NCBI GenBank assembly: GCA_004322365.1
Contig: SCTS01000005.1
Span: 3,697 to 67,696, forward strand
Length of the DNA: 64,000 bases
Direction: 5' to 3'
Origin: Patescibacteria group bacterium
Lineage (GTDB): Bacteria; Patescibacteriota; Minisyncoccia; Phycocordibacterales; Phycocordibacteraceae
Shown here: positions 27,162-36,180 of the stretch, piece after piece
How positions within the stretch are numbered: the stretch's first letter is position 1
Layout of the letters: each line of letters starts with the position of its first letter
Notes under the pieces: model-generated
What the model was told of the DNA's origin: nothing
The model's input: only the letters and a program-made list of their open reading frames with translations
Database searches by the model: none
Translations under genes and position numbers: made by a program

Positions 27162-27219
27162 ATCTTAAAATATATTAGTAATAATTGATTATGTGCGTGT
27201 TCGTCGTAACCCCTTGTAA

Positions 27220-27978
27220 CTAAATAGACATATCCGACAAAAATCCAAGTAACGCAAAAACAAAGAGTACCCCGCCAACTACAGCGAGCAATACTTCTCC
27301 GACAGAGAATTTCTTAGATGCTGTATAGGTGCTATCTAAGTTTTTATTATTGAAATTAATTGCTTTTTGAATTTGAATGAGAGGTGCGACGCTGAAAAAG
27401 CTAAGAATCCAAAGTAAAGTAAAAATAGCATCATCACCTCTTGCGGATATACTTCCAGCAAAAATAAGCACAATGAATGCCCAGGCGAGAGCCGACGCAG
27501 ACATTACTTCACTGAACCCTTGTTTTACCGAGGAATCAACAATGCGCTTAAAAAGTGCGTGAGTGAAGAACATAAGAAAGAAAGAACGCCAGAAAGGTCG
27601 AATATCACTTCCGTCAGCGAGTCTTATCGCTTGCCAGTTTCGGTAGTGCCAATATATTTGATAGAGACCAAAGGTTGCGGTTGTTAATGCAATCAATTTC
27701 CAAGTGGAAACCGAAAAGAACTTAATTGGAGGAGTATCCATCTGTATACTGTTTTTTATAGACTCGATCTTCTTTGTTTTTTCTAGCACCAAAGTCGACT
27801 TATTTGCGTTTCTCCAACCAAGGACATAGAAAGCTAAAAGCCCTGGAATAATTATAATTAAAGCGAGGGCAATGTTTGATGCCTCATACGAGTCCAAAAC
27901 AAATAATATATCTCCAAACCAAAGAATTATCCCAACGGCTAGCAAAACCATAAACTGGCCTTTAGAAATTTTATACAT
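27220..27978 (-). CDS. Multi-pass membrane protein (DUF4234-like)
   Basis: L...TFGLY.IYW.Y.NW motif; several TMs. Confidence 0.75.
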   Translation of the reverse strand: MYKISKGQFMVLLAVGIILWFGDILFVLDSYEASNIALALIIIIPGLLAFYVLGWRNANKSTLVLEKTKKIESIKNSIQMDTPPIKFFSVSTWKLIALTTATFGLYQIYWHYRNWQAIRLADGSDIRPFWRSFFLMFFTHALFKRIVDSSVKQGFSEVMSASALAWAFIVLIFAGSISARGDDAIFTLLWILSFFSVAPLIQIQKAINFNNKNLDSTYTASKKFSVGEVLLAVVGGVLFVFALLGFLSDMSI

Positions 27979-28010
27979 AAATTTTCATATATTTATTAGA
28001 TAATTGAAGA

Positions 28011-28277
28011 CTATGGAAGAGTTTCACAAGCAATACCGTCCCCATCACGATCTAAAGCATGGGGGTCGCCAGAGCCTGCTGATTCAAAGAAATCTTGAGC
28101 TTCTGCGTGTGTAGAAAAATCAGCACAGTCCTTATCTGGCTCTCCAGTAGAAAGCTTCGTACGGGTATTTGAATAATTGCCGCCTTCTAAGCTTGTAGGT
28201 TGATTTAAATAATATGCTCCAGTACCAAGCATAGCTAATGTCGCAACTCCAGCAAAAGTTTTTTGTATATTATTCAT
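28011..28277 (-). CDS. Excalibur calcium-binding domain protein
   Basis: DKDCADF....EAQ...DPH.LDRDGDGIACE. Confidence 0.9.
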   Translation of the reverse strand: MNNIQKTFAGVATLAMLGTGAYYLNQPTSLEGGNYSNTRTKLSTGEPDKDCADFSTHAEAQDFFESAGSGDPHALDRDGDGIACETLP

Positions 28278-28370
28278 TTACAGCCTACCTTCAGAGTACT
28301 CTTTAAAAACATCATTGCAAACTCGTAACAGTAAAAAGTAAATGGGGTCAATCTCTATTCCACTAGGTTT

Positions 28371-28634
28371 TTACGCAATGAAAGTAAAGAAAGAAAACAC
28401 TATCGCATAGAATACTGAAGCCATGATTAGACCTACAGTGGCTGATTGGTCAACATTTCTTTTATTGAGAATCCATTGGAAAAGTTTTTGAAGAAGTGCT
28501 ATTGCAATTCCCCACCCTATAATTGAACCAAATAACCCAGCTGTGGCACTATCAAACTTCGAAACAAATAACAAAACTAAATCTAGTGTAATAAATATTA
28601 CAGCAACAATCTTTAGTGCGTTTTTATTTTTCAT
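28371..28634 (-). CDS. Small 3-TM membrane protein
   Basis: Hydrophobic 87-aa ORF. Confidence 0.65.
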   Translation of the reverse strand: MKNKNALKIVAVIFITLDLVLLFVSKFDSATAGLFGSIIGWGIAIALLQKLFQWILNKRNVDQSATVGLIMASVFYAIVFSFFTFIA

Positions 28635-28637
28635 GTG

Positions 28638-28687
28638 TTTTTAAATAATTATTGATGATGTGAGTGTTCAGGGACAATGAATGTTGC
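28638..28687. repeat. 50-bp direct repeat, right (overlaps pspC stop)
   Basis: Matches 25940-25989. Confidence 0.9.
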
Positions 28688-28852
28688 AATGATGTAGGCA
28701 ACGATGCCTGGCACCACTCCTGTAAAGATTACCACTAAGACCCATATAAGGCGTAGAAGCACGGGGTCGATGTCGAAGTATTCACCAAGCCCTCCGCAGA
28801 TGCCTGCGAAAACTTTATTGGTGTTGCTTTTGTAGAGGTGTTTGTGGGGCAT
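28649..28852 (-). CDS. pspC: PspC domain protein
   Basis: LYKS...K.FAGICGGLGEYFDIDP.L.R and YI.A..I.P motifs. Confidence 0.92.
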   Translation of the reverse strand: MPHKHLYKSNTNKVFAGICGGLGEYFDIDPVLLRLIWVLVVIFTGVVPGIVAYIIATFIVPEHSHHQ

Positions 28853-28869
28853 GGGGGGGGTATCGGAAT

Positions 28870-29448
28870 TCAAAAATTATATAATTTTTGAATTAATGTC
28901 TTCAAACTAATATCAATTTTAGTATATTCAACATTATGTTGAAAATTAAAATGAGAATCTACACTCAGAAAATGTTCACTCATTAAATCTCCTCCAGTAA
29001 CAAATTTGTAATATATTTTTGATTTTAATTTTAAATCCTTCACTATTTCAAGCACTTTTGCAGGAAAGGCAATTGTTAATTGTTCTTCAAACGCAATAAT
29101 CTGTAAATCTGCTTCCTCTAAACAAATTTGGATATGGTCTTTATCTAATTTAGTAATTTCTCCTTTAAATTGAGTATCACGTAATATATTTTTTATTTTT
29201 TGATAAGTAGAGAGTAGTGCTTTAAGTTCATCCACCAAAATAGTTTTTATTACCTTCCTATTCTCTAACAATCTATTAACAAACACAGGAATCATGAGTG
29301 CAATTCCAATAGTGAAAAGCAAATCTAACAAATCCAAAATATTAACCTCTGTATCAATTTCAAGAGGCCAAAGCGCACACAGATAGCCAACAACTACACC
29401 GAGGAAAAGAGCGGGGGCGGAAAAAATTAATATCCTCTTAAGATTCAT
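28870..29448 (-). CDS. Two-TM protein with helical C-terminal domain (putative effector)
   Basis: AT-rich ORF, third gene of the kinase/STAS operon. Confidence 0.7.
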   Translation of the reverse strand: MNLKRILIFSAPALFLGVVVGYLCALWPLEIDTEVNILDLLDLLFTIGIALMIPVFVNRLLENRKVIKTILVDELKALLSTYQKIKNILRDTQFKGEITKLDKDHIQICLEEADLQIIAFEEQLTIAFPAKVLEIVKDLKLKSKIYYKFVTGGDLMSEHFLSVDSHFNFQHNVEYTKIDISLKTLIQKLYNF

Positions 29449-29458
29449 AACCGTGTCC

Positions 29459-29815
29459 CTATAGATCAACTCCGGTTGGATCTTTTATTTCATCTATAAT
29501 TTTATCAATCCTTAGTGGGTTATCATCAGACTTAAGCTTTATATGTTTGAGAATTAAGTCTGCTCCTTTCTCTAAGGAAAGTTTTCCAAATGAACCTGAA
29601 ACAAACGAAGAGGGGTACCCAAATCCTTTATCTAAATCAACAAACAAAACATAACCTCCCTGAACTGCTTTTTCAAACTTTGGCAAAAGAATAGTCTCCA
29701 GAAAAAGCTCTCCTGAAAATGGTCCTTCTCGCTTATAGCGAGCCCCGACATGGTCAGAAAAATCTTTTGCTATGATTATTTCGTCTTTAATTTCCATACT
29801 TAGTACATTAGACAT
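29459..29815 (-). CDS. STAS-like (DUF4325) protein
   Basis: DFS...G.R....G..SGE.F and VDLD..G.YPSSF....FG.L motifs. Confidence 0.85.
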   Translation of the reverse strand: MSNVLSMEIKDEIIIAKDFSDHVGARYKREGPFSGELFLETILLPKFEKAVQGGYVLFVDLDKGFGYPSSFVSGSFGKLSLEKGADLILKHIKLKSDDNPLRIDKIIDEIKDPTGVDL

Positions 29816-30836
29816 TTTGTAGCTCCCAATGAAGAAGGGTACCATTTAATGGGTATTGCAACCTCTCCTTCTTCTTAGTCTTGAGATCTATTTTAACGTC
29901 ATTAGCTAATATGTAAAAGGATCGAAAAATTGTGTTATTTGCATCCTCATTAATTTGAGGAATACCTTTACCTCGTAAAGCTGTGTCTTTTTTACTTCGA
30001 GATTTAAGCCTCCCAGCTAATAATTCGTCAGCTAAAATCATGTTATCGAAAAAAGGTGTTTTTTTCATAAATTTTTGTACAGGTCCTTTGACAACGGCAC
30101 TTTCGAATATTCCGACCCCTAAATCAATGAATGTGTAGGATGTAATTTTTTCTTTCGGATCACTATAAACAAATAGCCACCAATTACACTTTCCAAGCCC
30201 TGTAAGGTCAGCATGACTGTGGGTATTCGACATACACTCAACGAGAGTATTGTATAGAGGGTCTAACGGTTTGGCATTTCCAAACACATGCTCTGTGCCA
30301 ATGATTGATGCCTTTTTTACAACAGTTCCTAGAACTTTTGTATCCATGCCTCTATGCATCATATTTTCTGCTCCTATAGTAAAGAATCCAGGAGTAATTA
30401 CGTGGTCATAAAATCCTGATTCAATAAATAATGCATTTGGAGCTAGAGCTTCCGGGGCGTTTCCAGTTACGTTGGAGGCATGATGAAATTCTTTACTATT
30501 TATACTTGCAGCCATCAAAGCTACAGTATCTGGAGTCATTCTTGTTACTTTTGAAATATCTAAAAACACCACCTGCCCAAATTTTAATTTTTTCTCTGCA
30601 TCACTAAAGTACTTAAGAACTGCATTGGCATTTTCAACAAGTGAGAAATTTTTAGGTGCAATAAGGGTAACCGGCGGTAGTTTTGCATTATATTCGCGTT
30701 GAAATTTAACACGACGCGCAGTTTCTTTTTTGCTTTTTTTCCTTAATTTCCATTTTAAGGTTCGTCGTTTTTCAGCGTAACGAACTTGAGAAAAAAAACG
30801 CCTAATTTTTTTCTGTGTACGATTAATTTGCACCAT
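29808..30836 (-). CDS. GHKL (histidine-kinase-like) ATPase with N-terminal STAS-like region
   Basis: N-box ECMSNTHSHA, G1 DLGVGI, G2 RGKGI and G3 NGT; no HisKA domain. Confidence 0.8.
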   Translation of the reverse strand: MVQINRTQKKIRRFFSQVRYAEKRRTLKWKLRKKSKKETARRVKFQREYNAKLPPVTLIAPKNFSLVENANAVLKYFSDAEKKLKFGQVVFLDISKVTRMTPDTVALMAASINSKEFHHASNVTGNAPEALAPNALFIESGFYDHVITPGFFTIGAENMMHRGMDTKVLGTVVKKASIIGTEHVFGNAKPLDPLYNTLVECMSNTHSHADLTGLGKCNWWLFVYSDPKEKITSYTFIDLGVGIFESAVVKGPVQKFMKKTPFFDNMILADELLAGRLKSRSKKDTALRGKGIPQINEDANNTIFRSFYILANDVKIDLKTKKKERLQYPLNGTLLHWELQNV

Positions 30837-30989
30837 GGTTTCAAATACAAGAACAATGAGATCACTTACCCCCAGGAGGAATTGGTCACCGTTCCCCAAG
30901 CATTTTACTCCTAGAGTTCATAAAACACTAAGTGTCCAAAGCCCACGAGAATTGCCTACAATTCTCACCTCACCCATGTTAAAAACCCA

Positions 30990-31127
30990 ACCCCACGGGG
31001 AATCTCTCCTTACAGGAGCTGTACACCTCATTTAACAGAATGACTCTTGGAGTAAATGGATTTTTTCTTTCGGGGGCTCAGAAAAAATGCTCACAAGGTT
31101 ATTCGATTCCCCGCCGTAAAGCCCCCC
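30990..31127. repeat. tRNA-3'-end-derived structured repeat, copy A
   Basis: ACCCCACGGGGAATC...GATTCCCCGCCGTAAAGC; near-identical to copy B with about 25 extra bases inserted. Confidence 0.85.
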
Positions 31128-31335
31128 CCAGACCACGGGGAAACCGGTCACAGATAAAATGCCTGCTGTCGCAGACTAATTAATTTAATCATGTGGTCAC
31201 CCGTCACTAAGTATTTTGTTTCGGAAACTCACAAAATACTAAGTGCGCTCGACCCCGGCTCACGGTCGCTTTGCGACATCGTTCCGCCCGTCACAAACTG
31301 AAAAAAGCCCAACTAAGGGCTTGTTTTCTAGTTTG

Positions 31336-31447
31336 TGACCCCACGGGGAATCTCTCCTTACAGGAGCTGTACACCTTGTGGATTTTTTCTTTCGGAAACT
31401 CAGAAAAAATGCGCACAAGGTCTTCGATTCCCCGCCGTAAAGCTCCC
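31336..31447. repeat. tRNA-3'-end-derived structured repeat, copy B
   Basis: Begins with TGACCCCACGGGGAATC, identical to the tRNA-Glu 3' end. Confidence 0.85.
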
Positions 31448-31508
31448 AGCTTTACTTGGGGTCATGAACAAAAAAGGACTGCCTTTTGCAGTCTCTTTTT
31501 TGTAATCA

Positions 31509-31580
31509 TGACCCCACGGGGAATCGAACCCCGATTCCATCCTTGAGAAGGATGTGTCCTAACCGTTAGACGATGGGGCC
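31509..31580 (-). tRNA. tRNA-Glu(CTC)
   Basis: GGCCCCA/TGGGGTC acceptor stem, CATCC-TTCTCAA-GGATG anticodon arm, GGTTCGATTCC T arm; CCA not encoded. Confidence 0.95.
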
Positions 31581-31723
31581 GAACGAGAAGGAGAACGAAA
31601 ACTCGTTTTCATTCTCTTCGAGAGAGGCCCCGCTTAGCCTATACCTATAGGCGACTGGGGCCCCGCTGAGAGCTTAAAGTACAGCATTCTTAGTCTTTTC
31701 TCAACCTCTTCTCTTCTCCCGAA

Positions 31724-31757
31724 AAGCTGGAAGCTGACAGCTGGAACCTGAAAGCTA
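31724..31757. repeat. Heptamer array
   Basis: AGCTGGA AGCTGAC AGCTGGA ACCTGAA AGCT. Confidence 0.8.
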
Positions 31758-31770
31758 TTAAAAACTTTTC

Positions 31771-32577
31771 TCAACCTCTTGCGAGCTCGGTGGCAAAAAC
31801 TTTTGCTGTTATTTCTACAACAGATTCATGAATCTGTGGCGTCGAAACTATCAAGCCACCTTTAAACATATCTTTTTCTGCACCAACAAGATCAGTAATG
31901 CGTGCACCAGCTTCCAGTGCGACTATCATTCCTCCTGCCATGTCCCATGCCTTGAGTCCGCGGTGCGCCATGGCATCACTCTCTCCCAATGCTACAGCGC
32001 AGAGCTCTAAGCTCGCTGCCATTTTTGATTCAACAACGGCACCCGTTTCAATACACCCTTCTCTAATCGCACCATGCATACGGAGCGTTTGTTCACTTGC
32101 TCCTGTGTCCAAAAGAATATGCGCACCTTGCATAGACTGACATGAAGAAACTGAGATTTTTTTCCCGTTTAAAAATGCGCCACTTCCTCGCTTCGCACTA
32201 TAGAGTTTATTTTCAGCGGGAGAGTACACCACGCCAACTTCAGGTACTCCATCTACAATAAGCCCAATTGAAATACCGAAGTAGGGGTTACCGCTCGAAA
32301 AGTTTTTAGTGCCATCGATGGGATCAACAATCCACATTGAATTCCCCTCTGGCATACCCTTCACTTCTTCGCTGAGAATTGGATACTCAGGAAACTCTTT
32401 TCGGAGAGCATCGAGAATGTAGGTGTTCACCGCAAGGTCAGCCACGGTGAGAAGTGAACCGTCATCTTTAATGCTTCTGTCTGCATCTGTTATTTTTCCA
32501 AAATATTGGAGTGCAATGTCGCCAGCACCACGGGCAATTACTTCTAGTTTTTCTAAAGAGATATCAGACATACTCAA
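31771..32577 (-). CDS. Inositol monophosphatase family (SuhB-like)
   Basis: LSEE, WIVDPIDGT.NF and WD.AG motifs. Confidence 0.93.
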   Translation of the reverse strand: MSMSDISLEKLEVIARGAGDIALQYFGKITDADRSIKDDGSLLTVADLAVNTYILDALRKEFPEYPILSEEVKGMPEGNSMWIVDPIDGTKNFSSGNPYFGISIGLIVDGVPEVGVVYSPAENKLYSAKRGSGAFLNGKKISVSSCQSMQGAHILLDTGASEQTLRMHGAIREGCIETGAVVESKMAASLELCAVALGESDAMAHRGLKAWDMAGGMIVALEAGARITDLVGAEKDMFKGGLIVSTPQIHESVVEITAKVFATELARG

Positions 32578-32580
32578 TAA

Positions 32581-33879
32581 TTATCGAATGCTCCATTCAG
32601 CATCTTGGCGTACTAATAGGTCTTTTGCTTTTTCAGGTTCAGCCATCAAAGACTTCACTACCCTCTCCATACGCATCGACTGAGAACCTTTTACGAGGAT
32701 TACATCGCCTGATTGAATAAGAGACAACAGTGCAGTTGAGGCATCAGACCCCCTCTCACATTCAATAATCACATTCTCGGGCATACCTGAGGCTCGTGCG
32801 CCTTCTGCAATGCCTTTGGTGCGCACACCCACCGTTACAAGTATGTCTGCTGACTTTGCAACTAGGGCACCAATGCGGTTATGTTCAGTTACTGAAAAAC
32901 CTCCCAATTCAAGCATATCTGCCAAGACAGCAATACGACGGCCTGTTCGAGGAATATCCCCAAGAGCTATGAGTGCTTCCTCCATCGCTGCAGGAGAAGC
33001 ATTGTAGGTATCATCAATAATCACGGAAGTTCGCATACCGTTAATCAAACGCATTCTGCCGGCAGGTGTCTCATGTTTTTGAAAAGCGCTTACAGCTTCC
33101 TCAAGAGAAACTCCAACACTGAGCGCTACAGCTATTCCTGCAAGTACCGAGTACACATGGGAGCGACCAGCGACATCTGGAATCGATACCACTCCCCGCT
33201 CGTCACCATAGCTAACATCGAAAGAAATTCCACTTGGCATACCATCCTCACTTGTTGCATGAAGATTCTCTGCCTTCAAGTTTGCATTCTCTCCAAAACC
33301 GAAAGAAAGACGCCTCACTCCAGGTGCTGTAACGGCGGTACGTGCCCGCTCATCATCTTCGTTGAAAACCAACACTCCATTATTCTGAAGCCATCCCACA
33401 GGAGCAAGTTCTTCTTTAATCACATCTTCTGGAGAAGCGTAAAATTCAACATGCACTGAAATATCAGGAAATCTTGTTGCAACTACTACATCTGGCTTTA
33501 ACCATGAAAGAGATTTAGTTATGTCGCCCGGCCTGTCTGCCCCAACCTCAACTATTAACCATTTCGGATATGGAGTAGTAAGAACAAGGAGTGAAATACC
33601 GTCTACAAGATTTCTCATCCACTGAAACACATTGGACCAGCCATTCCGAACACCAAGCACCGTTAGAGGGACGCCGATATCGCCATTGAAGCTCTTTTCA
33701 CTTCTTCGTACAAAAAATGATTTAGAGAGAGCCGTATAAATGGCATCTTTTGCAGAAGTTTTACCAACACTCCCCGTTACGGCAATTATTTTTGGACGGT
33801 GCTTCCGAAGTACAAGTTTTGCCTCAAGCGTGAGCAGGAATACTATTACTTGGCGAAAAAGTTCTTTTAGATTTCCCAT
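32581..33879 (-). CDS. murF: Mur ligase, MurF-like
   Basis: AVTGSVGKTS, GRM, DDTYNASP, DMLELG and LVKGS motifs. Confidence 0.9.
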   Translation of the reverse strand: MGNLKELFRQVIVFLLTLEAKLVLRKHRPKIIAVTGSVGKTSAKDAIYTALSKSFFVRRSEKSFNGDIGVPLTVLGVRNGWSNVFQWMRNLVDGISLLVLTTPYPKWLIVEVGADRPGDITKSLSWLKPDVVVATRFPDISVHVEFYASPEDVIKEELAPVGWLQNNGVLVFNEDDERARTAVTAPGVRRLSFGFGENANLKAENLHATSEDGMPSGISFDVSYGDERGVVSIPDVAGRSHVYSVLAGIAVALSVGVSLEEAVSAFQKHETPAGRMRLINGMRTSVIIDDTYNASPAAMEEALIALGDIPRTGRRIAVLADMLELGGFSVTEHNRIGALVAKSADILVTVGVRTKGIAEGARASGMPENVIIECERGSDASTALLSLIQSGDVILVKGSQSMRMERVVKSLMAEPEKAKDLLVRQDAEWSIR

Positions 33880-33896
33880 AGTCAGTTAGACCTAAC

Positions 33897-35636
33897 CTAT
33901 CCTCCAGTTTGTGCACGGTCAGGAGGGATCTCGTAATAGTTTATAAGAAAATGCACAGTATTCATAAAGGGTTGAGTCCACGTCTCTGAAGCGTACTGTG
34001 CTCCCTTAGGATACACCGCAAAAAAGAAGACGAGAAACTTTGGATTGTAGGCTGGGAAATAGCCAAAAAATGAGTGGAGATAGCGGTCGGTGTAGTATTC
34101 ACGGGCGTCAGGGCGGGCAACCTGCGCTGTTCCTGTTTTTGCGGCAATGCTGTAGTCGGCCATTTTTATTTTTCCACCCTGAAGAGCATCATCTACTACC
34201 GTTACCAACATTCGCGTAATGGCTTCATCACTCTCTTTACTTATTGCTTGCATAGGAGGACTCCACCCGAGTTTTTTAGTTATACCTCCACCATAGCGAA
34301 GCTCAACGCCAACATGTGGTGCAGGCACTACCCCACCATTTGCAAGCGTAGCGAGTGCTCGAGTCATAGCGATGGGAGAAATTGCAATACCCTGCCCGAA
34401 CGAGGCAGTTGCATATTCAACAGCACGAGGACTTTTAAGGTTGCTAACAAGTGGTGATGCTTCGTTAGGAAGATCAATGCCTGTTTCGCTCGCAATGCCA
34501 AACTTTTCTAAGTAGCCGGCAAATTTTGCAGTGCCCATTCTAGCAACCACAAATGAAACACCAGTATTGAGCGACTGATTCAACACCTCCTGCATAGGCA
34601 CTACTCCGCGCGCTTTGTGGTCGTAGTTGTTAATGCGTAAACCATCGAGAATAAGGAAGCCTTTGTCGTTGTAGGTGGTCGTGGGAGTAACCGCACCTGA
34701 ATCAATTCCTGCAGCCATAGTTATAGGCTTCATAGTGGAACCGAACTCATACACACGCTCAACGAGGGGGTTTGCAAATGCATTAGGGTCTGCATTTTTA
34801 AAGTCATTTAAATCAAAACCTGGGCGTGATGCCATTGCAATAATGGCACCGGTTTTTGGATCCATAATAATTCCCCCAACCGTGTCGGAATTCCATGACT
34901 CATCGTATTTTTTCAAAGCATCTTCAAGAAATTGTTGCACTGATGGCTCAATTGAAGTTACCAAATCAGCACCCGGCTCTACTGTGTCGGGAGAAAATTT
35001 TGCACGAATGTTTGTAAAAAGATCCGCAAAGAAGTTTACATACAGCCCTCCATCTGAACGAGACAAAGCGCCATTGTAATAACGCTCCAAACCATATTGC
35101 CCCGCAACACTTTTACCATCAGCACCAAAACCCAAAAAGCCAATAGACTGTGCAGCAAGCACACGCCCAGGGTAAAAACGCCAGTGTGAAGCAAGTACCT
35201 GTACTCCAGTTATTTTTAACGCAGAGATAGCAACTCCAACCTCTGGTGTTACCTGCTTGGCTATTTCAGCATATACACTGTCTTTCTTTCGAGCCTTTTC
35301 AAGAAATACTGATTCATCAAGGTCGGGCAATATTTTTTTTAAAGCGCGATAGACACTTTCTGGATCTCCAAGCCGTGAAGGATTAATAACGATAGTATTC
35401 CCCGCTGCGATGGTTGCAGCGGAAATAAGTGAACCATCACGAGAGGTGAAAAAGATAGTACCTCGGTCAATTTGGTTGGTGCTTTGTTGCACATATTGGC
35501 TTTCAGCTTTCAAACGATACTCCTTCCCGTGGACCACTTGTAAAAAATACAAGCGTACCAAAAGCACTAACGCAATCAGCAAAATAATACCCGCAATAAT
35601 GCGAATACGAAAAGCGAAGTTGGACTTAGCAGACAT
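33897..35636 (-). CDS. ftsI: Class B penicillin-binding protein (FtsI)
   Basis: GSTMK (SxxK), SLN and KTGTAQ motifs; dcw cluster position. Confidence 0.88.
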   Translation of the reverse strand: MSAKSNFAFRIRIIAGIILLIALVLLVRLYFLQVVHGKEYRLKAESQYVQQSTNQIDRGTIFFTSRDGSLISAATIAAGNTIVINPSRLGDPESVYRALKKILPDLDESVFLEKARKKDSVYAEIAKQVTPEVGVAISALKITGVQVLASHWRFYPGRVLAAQSIGFLGFGADGKSVAGQYGLERYYNGALSRSDGGLYVNFFADLFTNIRAKFSPDTVEPGADLVTSIEPSVQQFLEDALKKYDESWNSDTVGGIIMDPKTGAIIAMASRPGFDLNDFKNADPNAFANPLVERVYEFGSTMKPITMAAGIDSGAVTPTTTYNDKGFLILDGLRINNYDHKARGVVPMQEVLNQSLNTGVSFVVARMGTAKFAGYLEKFGIASETGIDLPNEASPLVSNLKSPRAVEYATASFGQGIAISPIAMTRALATLANGGVVPAPHVGVELRYGGGITKKLGWSPPMQAISKESDEAITRMLVTVVDDALQGGKIKMADYSIAAKTGTAQVARPDAREYYTDRYLHSFFGYFPAYNPKFLVFFFAVYPKGAQYASETWTQPFMNTVHFLINYYEIPPDRAQTGG

Positions 35637-35798
35637 CTTTGTATTCTAACTTAGGAAAAAGCTTTCAGGTTTTAGCTTTCAGCTGTCAGCTTCGATTTTC
35701 TACCCTATATATATTCTAGCTTTTTGCAAAATGCTAGAATGATATCCCTCTAGTTTTTTTAGATTCTACCCCCCTACCCTAAACACTACACCCTTCCT

Positions 35799-36176
35799 CT
35801 ACCTTGCATCTTTAAACGCAACACTTCCCTTGCTTACAAATGAACGGTCACGCACAGATACAAAACCAAGTGAACGAGCGTACGGTTCAGTAATTGTTTG
35901 TGTTTTTGAAAGATACGCGGTCTCTAGAGTTGCAACTTCTGCAGATGCGCGTGAAGCAGACCGAACAAGCTCTTGGCGAGCAGCAACATGCACTACTGAT
36001 GAAATCATGAAATAGATATATAAGACCGACAGAAGAAGGAATGCGACACCAAACACTACAACGGTACGGCGTTCAAATACATTTGCATACGCCAATATCC
36101 CCGAATGGGTATTTCTAGAAAATGGCAACGAGGCCTGATGTTCTGATGCTTTTTTGGTGTTTCGATTTTTATTCAT
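35799..36176 (-). CDS. FtsL-like cell division protein
   Basis: Single TM plus coiled coil and A..LGF, located between rsmH and ftsI. Confidence 0.7.
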   Translation of the reverse strand: MNKNRNTKKASEHQASLPFSRNTHSGILAYANVFERRTVVVFGVAFLLLSVLYIYFMISSVVHVAARQELVRSASRASAEVATLETAYLSKTQTITEPYARSLGFVSVRDRSFVSKGSVAFKDAR

Positions 36177-36180
36177 AGTT

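Noticed and set aside
25940-28687. Diversity-generating retroelement TR/VR pair
   Set aside because: The repeat is only 50 bp with 2 mismatches, and no reverse transcriptase is present in the window.
30990-31447. Additional tRNA genes or intron-split tRNAs
   Set aside because: Only the 3' 15-17 nt match tRNA-Glu; there is no D or anticodon arm, so these were treated as repeats.
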